From the IMG/VR virus record IMGVR_UViG_3300031673_008321: a stretch of 64,000 bases of DNA; one strand, given 5' to 3'. The DNA is from an uncultured virus (IMG/VR IMGVR_UViG_3300031673_008321). Lineage: Duplodnaviria; Heunggongvirae; Uroviricota; Caudoviricetes. The notes below the pieces were generated by a model that was not told the origin of the DNA, made no database searches, and was given only the letters and a program-made list of their open reading frames with translations. The translations under genes and the position numbers were made by a program. Below, one piece after another: positions 31,030 through 40,188 of this stretch; the first letter of the stretch is position 1, and the number at the start of each line of letters is the position of its first letter.

Positions 31030-31928
31030 AAATTTATGCAATAATGATGACATATGAGCAAATGGACTGGCTGCCGTGGTCTATTGATCAGTTTGATAGA
31101 GCTTTAAAATTTGGAGCGGTTGATAAAGTATTAATAGCAGAAGGGGCACATTCAAAAGCGATGCCAGAACGATCTAACGATGGTTCATGGGAATATTTAA
31201 ATGGTAGAATAGGGAATAATAAAAGATATGAATTATTTGATATAGCGCCTTTTAGAAATAATTGTAATAGATATGATAAGGCTCAAGCAGCAACATTAAA
31301 TCATATGTGTTCTAATTTTCCAATGGACGACGAAACATGGCTTTTTTATATACATGATGATGAATTTTTTTTTGATTCATTTCTTAAAAACATAAAAAAT
31401 ATATGTGAAAAAGCTAGTAGTGAAAATATAGATATGGTTATCACTAAACAATTAGCTTTTTCTTTCAATATGAAATTGTATTGGCAAAATAGAACATGTT
31501 ATATGCTTTGTCGTTGGTACGAGGGAAATTATTGGGCTCCTGCCACAACTCTATGCTACCAAAATGGTGTGCCCTATTTAAAAAAAAAGAATAAAATAAA
31601 ATTTGATTCCTCTTTTGAAAACACTACATTTCATTTTAATTGTGTAAAAAGGATAGCGAGAGAGAAAATAAGATATCAATTATCTGCTGAAAAAGGTACA
31701 CCTAATGCGTTAAAGTGGTTTAATGATGTGTGGTTAAAAGCTGATTTGAATAACCTAGAAGAAGCTTATAAGGCCAACAAAAAGATATATGGGTTTTATG
31801 GCTTTAGATCAGATTGGCCTGATATGAGTAGTGCTAAACGACAGGTGTTAAGTGTATACGAAGGCAAATACCCTGAAATATTGGAAGCTCACCCATATAA
31901 CAATGTGGAGGATATAAGATGGATATAA
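31026..31928 (+). CDS. GT-A/GT2-like glycosyltransferase
   Basis: EG....PERSNDGS, HDDE; C-terminal YEG..P..L..HP...EDIR shared with 25173..25976. Confidence 0.72.
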   Translation: MKIYAIMMTYEQMDWLPWSIDQFDRALKFGAVDKVLIAEGAHSKAMPERSNDGSWEYLNGRIGNNKRYELFDIAPFRNNCNRYDKAQAATLNHMCSNFPMDDETWLFYIHDDEFFFDSFLKNIKNICEKASSENIDMVITKQLAFSFNMKLYWQNRTCYMLCRWYEGNYWAPATTLCYQNGVPYLKKKNKIKFDSSFENTTFHFNCVKRIAREKIRYQLSAEKGTPNALKWFNDVWLKADLNNLEEAYKANKKIYGFYGFRSDWPDMSSAKRQVLSVYEGKYPEILEAHPYNNVEDIRWI

Positions 31929-33055
31929 CATGGAACGGTGATTGGTTTTATGCTAATAAAAGCCACGCTAATATTGATAGGGAAACTGTGTTGGGTTTGT
32001 ATAAATTAGGCCACAATGTAAGAGTTACTAATATATATGACCAAAATAACTTTGATTCTAATAACGAAAATCACAGATTGATAAAAAGTTTTACAAAAAA
32101 TAAATTTGAATCTGATTACAATGTTTTTAAATTTTTGACAATAAAATATATGAAAAAAGGCCCTAAATTTAATTGTATTTTACACAGTAATGGTAGTTAC
32201 ACAATTTCAACTAGGATAAATAGCTTAATATCTTCATGTCCAGTAACACATTTATGGTTACCCACACCGGATTGTGCAAAAGAAGTTAATAAACAAATTT
32301 CTACCCCTGTTGTTGGTTTAGGCATAGATAGTGGGGTAGACCCAAACCGTTTTAACATTGATGTTGAACCATTTGATTATAGTCTATTTAATATAGGGAA
32401 GGGGGTGTTTAAATTTATAATAGCTTGTGATGGGGCATCATTAACTCCTGGTAAGCCTTATGGTGGGTATAGAGGAACCGACATCGCTATTAAAGCATTT
32501 GTAGAAGAATTTTCTTCTAAGGACAATGTTTGTTTGATAATTAAAATAGCTAATAATTATAAAGTCATAGATAATTTTATAGGTAAGGTATTAAGTTCTA
32601 GTGCAAACAGCCCATTAATTGTTAAAGATTTTGGTAAAGATAGCCAAGATATAATATCTAGGAAATGGAAATCTTCTGATTGTATGTTGAGCCCTATTAG
32701 AGATTGTAGATGGGAAGCCTGTTGTTTAGAAGCTTTAGCATGTGGGACGCCAATCATAGCCACTAATTGCGGTGGTCCAAAGATGTATGGAAAAAATGGG
32801 GTGTATTTTGTAGATTATAACATAGTTAGCGGTGATATTTGGAAATCAAGGGGGGATACCCCTTTGACTGAAGATTATTGGACTGAGCCATCTATAAGCG
32901 GATTTAGAGAAAAAATGAGGTTTGTTTATGAGAACAAGGATACTATCAAAAGTTTTGGGGCAGAAGGATCAATACATGTTCTTAATAATTGGAAATGGAT
33001 AGATGTATCTCAAAGAGTGGTTGATTTTTTTGATGGAAAGGAGCCATTGGTATGA
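31919..33055 (+). CDS. Glycosyltransferase GT4, divergent
   Basis: GVDP, AF.EEF...DNVCLIIK, LEALACGTPIIAT, WTEP; resembles 14871..17090. Confidence 0.8.
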   Translation: MDITWNGDWFYANKSHANIDRETVLGLYKLGHNVRVTNIYDQNNFDSNNENHRLIKSFTKNKFESDYNVFKFLTIKYMKKGPKFNCILHSNGSYTISTRINSLISSCPVTHLWLPTPDCAKEVNKQISTPVVGLGIDSGVDPNRFNIDVEPFDYSLFNIGKGVFKFIIACDGASLTPGKPYGGYRGTDIAIKAFVEEFSSKDNVCLIIKIANNYKVIDNFIGKVLSSSANSPLIVKDFGKDSQDIISRKWKSSDCMLSPIRDCRWEACCLEALACGTPIIATNCGGPKMYGKNGVYFVDYNIVSGDIWKSRGDTPLTEDYWTEPSISGFREKMRFVYENKDTIKSFGAEGSIHVLNNWKWIDVSQRVVDFFDGKEPLV

Positions 33056-33999
33056 TTTTATATCGATTCAGCCGACAAAAAATATTAGTTATAGGTGATA
33101 TAATACTAGATAAATATATTTGGGGGGAAGTTTCTAGAATATCTCCTGAAGCCCCTGTCCCTATTATACTTAAAAAGGATGAGAACCACATATTAGGTGG
33201 GGCTTCTAATGTAGTGAATAATGTATATGGTTTAGGAGCCACTCCCATTGCTTGCGGGGTAGTGGGGGCTGATATTAATGCTGGGCGTGTCATTAGTATG
33301 ATTGATAAGATGGGTTTATCTATAGGTGGGATAATAGTAGATAAAAATAGACCTACTACTATTAAAAATAGAGTAATAGGGAACAACCAACAAATAGTAA
33401 GGATAGATGAGGAGAGTTCGGAGCCAATAAACTCAAATATTATTAAAATGATATTAGCTTTTGTTGAAATCACTTTGCCTGAAATTAATGCTATTATAAT
33501 TTCGGACTATGGTAAGGGCGTTATTTCTAGTAAATTAATTTATGAATTAAAAAATATGGCTAAAGATATGATAATTACTGTAGATCCGAAAGCAGGAAAT
33601 TTTAGATTTTATAAGGAAGTGACTTGCATAACTCCTAATCATCATGAGGCTGGTGAATTTTGTAGGTTCAAAATAGTAAATGACAGGACTCTTTATCGCG
33701 CGGGTAAACAAATTATCGATGAATTAGAATGTGAATCAGTTTTGATAACACAGGGTAAAGACGGTATGACTTTGTTTGAAGCTAACGGCAGTATTGTTCA
33801 TTTACCTTCGATAGTCGAGCAGGTTTTTGATGTAAGTGGTGCTGGGGATACAGTTATTAGTGTGTTCACTACTGCACTGGCTGCTAAAACAACTATGGAA
33901 GAAGCTGCTAATGCAGCTAACATAGCGGCTGGGATAGTTGTTGCTGAGCCAGGAACCTCTGCTATTACTATAGATAGATTAGCAAAGGAACTAAAATAA
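33052..33999 (+). CDS. rfaE1: D-glycero-beta-D-manno-heptose-7-phosphate kinase (RfaE/HldE domain I)
   Basis: GD..LD.Y..G...RISPEAPVP, SDYGKG, VDPK, TPN..EA, DVSGAGDTV. Confidence 0.92.
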   Translation: MILYRFSRQKILVIGDIILDKYIWGEVSRISPEAPVPIILKKDENHILGGASNVVNNVYGLGATPIACGVVGADINAGRVISMIDKMGLSIGGIIVDKNRPTTIKNRVIGNNQQIVRIDEESSEPINSNIIKMILAFVEITLPEINAIIISDYGKGVISSKLIYELKNMAKDMIITVDPKAGNFRFYKEVTCITPNHHEAGEFCRFKIVNDRTLYRAGKQIIDELECESVLITQGKDGMTLFEANGSIVHLPSIVEQVFDVSGAGDTVISVFTTALAAKTTMEEAANAANIAAGIVVAEPGTSAITIDRLAKELK

Positions 34000-34009
34000 T
34001 AATGAGGAT

Positions 34010-34501
34010 ATGATGGAAGACCTAGACAAAATAAAATTAATAGTATCAGAGATAGATGGGGTAATAACAGACGGAACTTACCCAGAAGATGAGATGGGGC
34101 ATGTTTTTTATAAAGTTTATCAGAGCAAAGATTTTTCCGCGATAAATGAATTAAAGAAAAATTTTAAGTTCGTGTTTGTATCTGACGACAACAATGTTAA
34201 CTATAACATGTGCAAGCGAAGAAATATTCCTTTCTTCTGGGGAAAGAATGAAGAAGAGAAATATGACAAGCTTATAGAAGTTTTAAGAAGGTATAGTTGT
34301 ACACCAGATGAAACCATTTATATTGGATCAAAGATAAGTGATAGAAAGTGTTGCCAAATGATACCTAAATCCTTTTGCCCGGACGATGCGGGGCATTATT
34401 TAAGGGATATTTGCTGGGCTGAATTTACCACCAAGGGCGGAGAAGGTATTATGCCGGAATTACTATATCTTTTGACTAAAAGTGGTAAAATTTATGAATA
34501 A
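34010..34501 (+). CDS. KdsC/YrbI-like HAD-fold protein with degenerate catalytic motifs
   Basis: SEIDGVITDG in place of DxDG.LTDG; YIGSKISD in place of GDD..D; KGGEG. Confidence 0.72.
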   Translation: MMEDLDKIKLIVSEIDGVITDGTYPEDEMGHVFYKVYQSKDFSAINELKKNFKFVFVSDDNNVNYNMCKRRNIPFFWGKNEEEKYDKLIEVLRRYSCTPDETIYIGSKISDRKCCQMIPKSFCPDDAGHYLRDICWAEFTTKGGEGIMPELLYLLTKSGKIYE

Positions 34502-34558
34502 TCTAACTGTTTATAGTAGGATTCTTTGTTTTTTGCGTCAAAAAATGTATAAATAGTC

Positions 34559-34586
34559 TAGCAAAAAAGTGATTTTATTCTATAAT
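34559..34586 (+). promoter_or_regulatory. Phage promoter motif copy 3, upstream of dnaX-polA
   Basis: TCTAGCAAAAAAGTGATTTTATTCTATAATATAG, 16-nt spacer. Confidence 0.8.
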
Positions 34587-34614
34587 ATAGATGTCAAGTT
34601 TTAAGGAGAATTTT

Positions 34615-35664
34615 ATGATAATTAAACGGGGGGTCGGCGATCTTAACAAGGTATACCGACCCTGTAAAATTAGTGAGGTAGTCGGTCACGATACCCAGAA
34701 AAGAATGATAGGCAATGCGCTTTCAGATGGAACCTTGCCCCACTCGTCGATGTTCGTTGGACCATCGGGTTGTGGTAAAACTACATTTGCTAGGATTATT
34801 GCCTTAGGATTGAATTGTAAAGAGGGCCCTACACCAGAACCTTGTTGCAAATGTGATTCATGTAGAGCAGTTCTTAATTTGAATTCTTTAGCGGTGCTCG
34901 AAGTTGACTCAGGAAGAACTGGTGATGTTGGAACTACACGAGGAATATTAAATGACCTACCAGCCGCTCCTATGGGCGGTGAACCTTATAAGGTAGCAAT
35001 ATTTGATGAGGCTCATAAACTTGGTGGTAAGTCCGCTTCTGAAGACGCTCTTCTTAAATTTCTTGAAGACACTCCGCCACATGTTTATATAATGCTTTGC
35101 ACCAATGAACCACAAAAATTAAAAGAGGTTACAAGAAATAGGTGCAAGCCTATTCAATTCAACAGACTAACTACTGAAAACATTTATACTTTATTGGAAC
35201 AGGTCTGTCAGTTCGAGGGGTTTAATTATACTTCGGAAGTTTTAAAGTATGTATCATCCGAAGCAAAAGGAGTACCAAGAGCCGCGCTGTCTTTTTTGCA
35301 GCAGGTAAGTTCAGAAGGATCATGGACTAAAGATGCTGCAAGTTTGGTAATAAACGCGGGAGTAGATATTGATCGTGAGGACATATGGGATTTATGTAAA
35401 GGCATTATGAAGCATAAAAGTTTTCAAACTGCTTTAGTAGACTATAAAAAGATAGATGATACAAAACCTATACCATTAGAAAGTATGCGAATGGCTATTT
35501 GTGGGTTTTTTGTAGGATGTTTACGTAAGTCTAAGACACTTGAAGAAGCGAATAAGTATTCTAATATAGCTGAGTTCATGTCAGTACCTTATTTTAATAA
35601 TCCGAGACCAGATCATATCTTAATAAATAGTTTATTTAAAATTACTCAAATACTACGAAATTAA
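34615..35664 (+). CDS. dnaX: Clamp loader ATPase, DNA polymerase III gamma/tau-like
   Basis: YRP....VVG, GPSGCGKTT, PCCKCDSC, FDEAH, LLKFLE, NRC; AAGGAG before the ATG at 34615. Confidence 0.9.
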   Translation: MIIKRGVGDLNKVYRPCKISEVVGHDTQKRMIGNALSDGTLPHSSMFVGPSGCGKTTFARIIALGLNCKEGPTPEPCCKCDSCRAVLNLNSLAVLEVDSGRTGDVGTTRGILNDLPAAPMGGEPYKVAIFDEAHKLGGKSASEDALLKFLEDTPPHVYIMLCTNEPQKLKEVTRNRCKPIQFNRLTTENIYTLLEQVCQFEGFNYTSEVLKYVSSEAKGVPRAALSFLQQVSSEGSWTKDAASLVINAGVDIDREDIWDLCKGIMKHKSFQTALVDYKKIDDTKPIPLESMRMAICGFFVGCLRKSKTLEEANKYSNIAEFMSVPYFNNPRPDHILINSLFKITQILRN

Positions 35665-35677
35665 TAGGAGATAATAG

Positions 35678-37510
35678 ATGTCAAAAATAGTTAGTAGCGG
35701 TGGTCTGCCTGATTTGCCGACCCCAGACTACAAATATATTACGTCTACGGAAGAGGCGCTAAGACACATAGAATTTATCGAGAGGCATCCAATAATTGAG
35801 GTGGACACTGAAACCACGGGCCTGGATCCTTTTAAAGATAGAGTGGTACTGCTTCAAGTAGGAGTCCATGGTAAAGCATATGTGTTTGATGTTAGAGACG
35901 GGTGTGTTGATACTGCTATATTTAAGCCTTTACTGGAAGGCGAACAAAATTTAAAGCTTTTACAAAACTCGGTCTTTGATTATAAAATGTTGAAGACCAA
36001 TTTTGGTATAGAGCTCGGCAGGGTATATGATACGATGCTTGCTGAGCAGTTATTGTATCTCGGATTACACCACAAATCCAACCTACAATATTTAGTTGCA
36101 AAATATTTGCATCTAAACATGTCTAAAGATATTGCAACTTCTTTCAAAAAATATGACCAAAAATATCAAGAGTATCAACTAAGATACGCCGCAAACGATG
36201 TGGTTGTGTTGAAGGACATCTATAGCCTACAACTTGGTAAACTACAGCAGGACAGCTTAATGCGGGTTGCTCAACTTGAATTTGATTTTGCTAAACCGTT
36301 GGCGGAAATGGAACTAAACGGTATGCTTTTAGATGTCCCACAGTGGCAAGGGATTCTTGATGAAATGGTTGTAGAGCATGGTAGGTTACATATAGAACTA
36401 GCAGATGTTTTCAATCGGACCGAAGAGCAAAACACCCTGTTCGGTGTGTCCCTTTTGAATTTGGATAGCCCAGCCCAGGTGGTTAAATGTTTAAATAAAT
36501 TAGGTGTGCCTGTTGATGGCAGCGATGTTAAAGAATTAAATAAGTATAAAAGGAATCCAATTGTTAAATTACTGTTGGATTATAGAAAGTATGCGAAGTT
36601 TATTACTACTTATGGTGATCCCATGATTGCCCGTATAAATCCACTTACTGGGAGATTACATACCAGTCTTAGGCAGATGGTTGATACAGGTCGTTTGAGT
36701 TCATCCAACCCTAACTTACAAAATATTCCAAAAGAACAAAAATATCGGGCATGTTTTGTAGCTCGACCAGGGTATAAGTTAGTCACTTGTGATATGTCCC
36801 AAGCGGAGTTAAGAATTCTCGGTGATTATTCTGGCGACCCCGTGTTCTTGGAAGCGTTTGCACAAGGTTTGGATTTGCATACCAAAACTGCTTCTGATTT
36901 GTTTGGACTTACATACGATGAAATTATAGCGGATAAGGAATTACCTGAAGGTCATCCAAATAAAAGAAATTATAGAGGTAATGTTAAGGCATTGAACTTT
37001 GGATTGATTTATGGTCTTACTAAGGTTGGTTTGGCATTGCGTATGGGAACTTCTGAAAATGAAGCCCAGAAACTTATTAATGCTTACTTTCAAAGGTATC
37101 CACGAATTAAGAATTGGTTGGATAAAGCGGCTCAGTCGGCGGTTATGAACCGGTATAGTACGACAGCTAGTGGTCGTCGTAGATATTATAGATTGCCCGA
37201 ACCTAGCGACTCTCAGTTCAATAAATTGAAGGGTTCAGTAGAGCGTCAAGGTAAAAATCAACCAATTCAGGGCTCCAACGCTGACACTATTAAGCAGACC
37301 ATGGTTTATGTGGTTGACAGAATTAAACCATATGATGCAAAGATACTATTAACGGTTCATGATGAAACTATTACTGAGGTAAGAGAAGATCAGGCAGAAG
37401 AAGTAAAGGATGTTATAGAAAAAGCAACTATAGATGGATTCGCAGCATTTTTTCATAAAGTAAAGATGACAGCGGATGCAGATGTTGCTAATTATTGGGT
37501 GAAAGGATAG
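35678..37510 (+). CDS. polA: Family A DNA polymerase (3'-5' exonuclease + polymerase, no 5' nuclease)
   Basis: DTET, YAAND, TGRLSSSNPNLQNIP, DMSQAELR, KALNFGLIYG, NQPIQG, VHDE. Confidence 0.95.
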   Translation: MSKIVSSGGLPDLPTPDYKYITSTEEALRHIEFIERHPIIEVDTETTGLDPFKDRVVLLQVGVHGKAYVFDVRDGCVDTAIFKPLLEGEQNLKLLQNSVFDYKMLKTNFGIELGRVYDTMLAEQLLYLGLHHKSNLQYLVAKYLHLNMSKDIATSFKKYDQKYQEYQLRYAANDVVVLKDIYSLQLGKLQQDSLMRVAQLEFDFAKPLAEMELNGMLLDVPQWQGILDEMVVEHGRLHIELADVFNRTEEQNTLFGVSLLNLDSPAQVVKCLNKLGVPVDGSDVKELNKYKRNPIVKLLLDYRKYAKFITTYGDPMIARINPLTGRLHTSLRQMVDTGRLSSSNPNLQNIPKEQKYRACFVARPGYKLVTCDMSQAELRILGDYSGDPVFLEAFAQGLDLHTKTASDLFGLTYDEIIADKELPEGHPNKRNYRGNVKALNFGLIYGLTKVGLALRMGTSENEAQKLINAYFQRYPRIKNWLDKAAQSAVMNRYSTTASGRRRYYRLPEPSDSQFNKLKGSVERQGKNQPIQGSNADTIKQTMVYVVDRIKPYDAKILLTVHDETITEVREDQAEEVKDVIEKATIDGFAAFFHKVKMTADADVANYWVKG

Positions 37511-37514
37511 AATT

Positions 37515-37727
37515 ATGATTAATATAGAATTTGATGAAAAAAGTATATTCACTTACGATGCTAAAAATCTTACAGTTCATGCGTGGGATCATAGTGATGG
37601 ATGGTGTAAAGGACCGGTAACTGGTGAGGTAGGCTCAATAACTTTTGCGAGCAGGTATCAGTTACTTTGTTTTATGGAAATGTTAGAGTTTATTATGGAG
37701 AGGTTAGACAATGAAAATAAAACTTAA
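37515..37727 (+). CDS. Hypothetical protein
   Basis: In operon; AAGGA RBS. Confidence 0.6.
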   Translation: MINIEFDEKSIFTYDAKNLTVHAWDHSDGWCKGPVTGEVGSITFASRYQLLCFMEMLEFIMERLDNENKT

Positions 37728-38142
37728 AAGATTGAGTAAACATGCTAAAATGCCTACGTACGGCACAAAAGGTGCTGGCGCTCTTGATTTATACGCAGTG
37801 GAGGATGTGACTTTCCATACTGATGATGTTAAAGCTATAAGAAGTGGTTGGATTTTTGAAATACCTGAAGGATATTATGTAGAAGTGGTGCCCAGGAGTG
37901 GGTTATCCATTAAAAACGAGTTTATAATGTTTAATTCACCGGGAGTTGTAGATAGCGATTATAGAGGTGAGATATATGTTTACTTTAAGTTTATTAAAAA
38001 GGACAGTGTTTTTAGTATAAAAAGAGGCAAAAGATTTGCTCAAATGATGTTAAAGAAAAAGATAAATGTAGAATTTGAAGAGGTAGAAGAACTAAGCGAA
38101 ACCGATCGTGGAAGCGGTGGATTTGGTTCGACAGGAGCATAA
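37711..38142 (+). CDS. dut: Trimeric dUTPase
   Basis: PRSGL, GVVDSDYRGE, AQ, RGSGGFGSTG. Confidence 0.95.
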   Translation: MKIKLKRLSKHAKMPTYGTKGAGALDLYAVEDVTFHTDDVKAIRSGWIFEIPEGYYVEVVPRSGLSIKNEFIMFNSPGVVDSDYRGEIYVYFKFIKKDSVFSIKRGKRFAQMMLKKKINVEFEEVEELSETDRGSGGFGSTGA

Positions 38143-38143
38143 T

Positions 38144-38446
38144 GTGGATGATATAGATAAGTTTGCAGAAGAGGCTTATGATTTTACTGTAAATGAAATG
38201 AGTTGGAAAAAAGATTGGTCAAATGGCGGTTGCTATATACATTTAGAAGCTTCAGAATTTATAGAGTCTTTGAGATGTAAGGGAGACCCGGTGGATGAAT
38301 TAGGTGATTTACTTATGTGTATATTTTCAGTTTGTAGTAACTATAATATAAAGCCAAGTGATGCTATAAAGAAAGCTAGGATTAAGATGGCAGAAGTAGT
38401 TGCAAATAAAGAGCATTACCTAATTAAATCTAACAAACATATATAG
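38144..38446 (+). CDS. MazG-like NTP pyrophosphohydrolase
   Basis: LEASEF...DELGDLL; GTG start after AGGAG. Confidence 0.65.
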   Translation: MDDIDKFAEEAYDFTVNEMSWKKDWSNGGCYIHLEASEFIESLRCKGDPVDELGDLLMCIFSVCSNYNIKPSDAIKKARIKMAEVVANKEHYLIKSNKHI

Positions 38447-38460
38447 AGGAGTACTAATAA

Positions 38461-40188
38461 ATGTCTAATGGTAAACTATCAAATAATGCTATAGAGGTAG
38501 CTGAAAGTCGCTATTTTATGGAGGGCGAAGATTGGGAAGCATGTACAAATCGCGTTGGGCGAGTGATAGCTTCTAGGGAAAACAGCCATATATTGGAATA
38601 CGCTAGTAAGTTTAGCGAAATTATTTTTAATGTGGATTTTTTGCCGGGAGGAAGAATTTTGCGCAACGCTGGTAGACAAGCTGGATCACTATTTAATTGT
38701 TATCACTTACCGATAGGTGACTCTAGAAAAGAGATAGGCCAGTTCTATATGGATTCGTTAATGCTATGGGGAGAAGGAGGCGGAGTAGGAGTTAATATAT
38801 CTTCATTACGTCCTAAAGGTGCTCCTATTAAGACAATGGGGGGCGAATCCTCCGGCCCGGTTAGTTTTTTAGAGGCGTCCGATGCGATTGCTAAAACAAT
38901 AGAAAGTGGTGGGTCTAGAAGAGCTGCTGCACTGGCTCTTATGCATATAACACACCCAGACATAATGAGGTTTATTGATGCTAAAATTGAACACGGTAAG
39001 TTGCCACATTATAATATTTCGGTTGCGGTTACTGATGAGTTTTTAGAGGCGGTAGAATCAGACGATGAATGGGAATTCAAATTTGCGCATAAAAGTTATG
39101 GAAAAGTAAAAGCAAGAGAAATTTGGGATAAAATAGTTGATAATATGGTCAAGTTTGCTGAGCCCGGCTTATTAAATTGGAATAATTTGATTAAAAATAA
39201 TTCATATTATTACGATCCAATACAAGGCGTAAATCCTTGTGGCGAGGCAGTTTTGAGCCCTTACGATGTGTGCGATCTAGGGTCTTTGGTGTTGACAAAT
39301 TTTATTACAGGAACAGTAAATACTAATTGGAAAAAACTTGGCGAGGTTATTAAAATAGCGGTAAGGTTTTTAGATGATGTTATAGATGTAAATAAGTATA
39401 CGCTTCAAGAAACAGATATTAAAGCCCATAATTCACGTAGAATTGGCCTCGGTGTGATGGGTCTAGCCGAATATTTATTTGCAAAAGGTCTTAGATATGG
39501 GTCAGAGAAAGCTATAGTTGAGATTGAGAAGTTAATGCGGTTTATAAGAGATGCAGTATATGAAACTTTAGTGGAGTTAGCGCAAGAAAAAGGGTCATTC
39601 CCGAAGTTTGATCCAATACCCTATGGTAAGGCATCCTTTATACGAAAACTACCAGCCTCGTTGCGTATGGCTATCAAGGAACACGGTGTACGGTGTGTTA
39701 CTGCTCTAGCAATCGCTCCCACAGGAACTATTAGTTTACTTGCGGATGTTAATTCTGGGATAGAACCCTTATTTAGAAAGGCATATTTGAGAAGCGATAG
39801 AGTTAGTGAGAGAATGTATATTCATCCTATTTATAAACACCTTTTGGAAAGCGGTGAGGAGACTCCTGATTGGTATGTTGACACAGATGATCTTAAACCG
39901 GCCGATCATTTTGAAGTACAAGCAGTAGTTCAGCGTTACACGGACGGAGCAGTTTCCAAGACAATTAATATGCCAGTGTCAACTACACCAAAACAGTTGA
40001 GTAAGCTAACTTTGGAGTATATTCACGATCTTAAGGGCGTTACTATTTATGTGGATGAAAGTAGAGAGGGCCAGATATTAAACAAGGTTACTAAACAAGA
40101 AGTAGAAAAATATTTGAGCGAAAATAAAGTAAAGGAAAGCGCAGACATAGAAGCATTGAGCTGTGCATCAGGATCATGCGAGATGTAA
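38461..40188 (+). CDS. nrdJ: Ribonucleotide reductase, class II (B12-dependent) NrdJ-like
   Basis: PGGR, FNC, GGGVG, NPCGE, CDLGS, GLGVMG, APTGTIS, SKTIN; terminal CASGSC; no NrdB neighbour. Confidence 0.85.
   Translation: MSNGKLSNNAIEVAESRYFMEGEDWEACTNRVGRVIASRENSHILEYASKFSEIIFNVDFLPGGRILRNAGRQAGSLFNCYHLPIGDSRKEIGQFYMDSLMLWGEGGGVGVNISSLRPKGAPIKTMGGESSGPVSFLEASDAIAKTIESGGSRRAAALALMHITHPDIMRFIDAKIEHGKLPHYNISVAVTDEFLEAVESDDEWEFKFAHKSYGKVKAREIWDKIVDNMVKFAEPGLLNWNNLIKNNSYYYDPIQGVNPCGEAVLSPYDVCDLGSLVLTNFITGTVNTNWKKLGEVIKIAVRFLDDVIDVNKYTLQETDIKAHNSRRIGLGVMGLAEYLFAKGLRYGSEKAIVEIEKLMRFIRDAVYETLVELAQEKGSFPKFDPIPYGKASFIRKLPASLRMAIKEHGVRCVTALAIAPTGTISLLADVNSGIEPLFRKAYLRSDRVSERMYIHPIYKHLLESGEETPDWYVDTDDLKPADHFEVQAVVQRYTDGAVSKTINMPVSTTPKQLSKLTLEYIHDLKGVTIYVDESREGQILNKVTKQEVEKYLSENKVKESADIEALSCASGSCEM

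Noticed and set aside
13513..34501. Ordinary chromosomal O-antigen or capsule locus
   Set aside because: No transport, polymerase or initiating genes, and the block is contiguous and co-oriented with phage-type replication genes and homing endonucleases.
34591..34614. ORF-track start of dnaX at 34591
   Set aside because: Only 4 nt after the -10 box and without an RBS; the ATG at 34615 follows AAGGAG.
34500..38446. Possible second promoter class AATCTAAC-N9-TAG at 34500 and 38427
   Set aside because: Only two instances noticed, one inside a coding region; not enough support without a genome-wide motif search.
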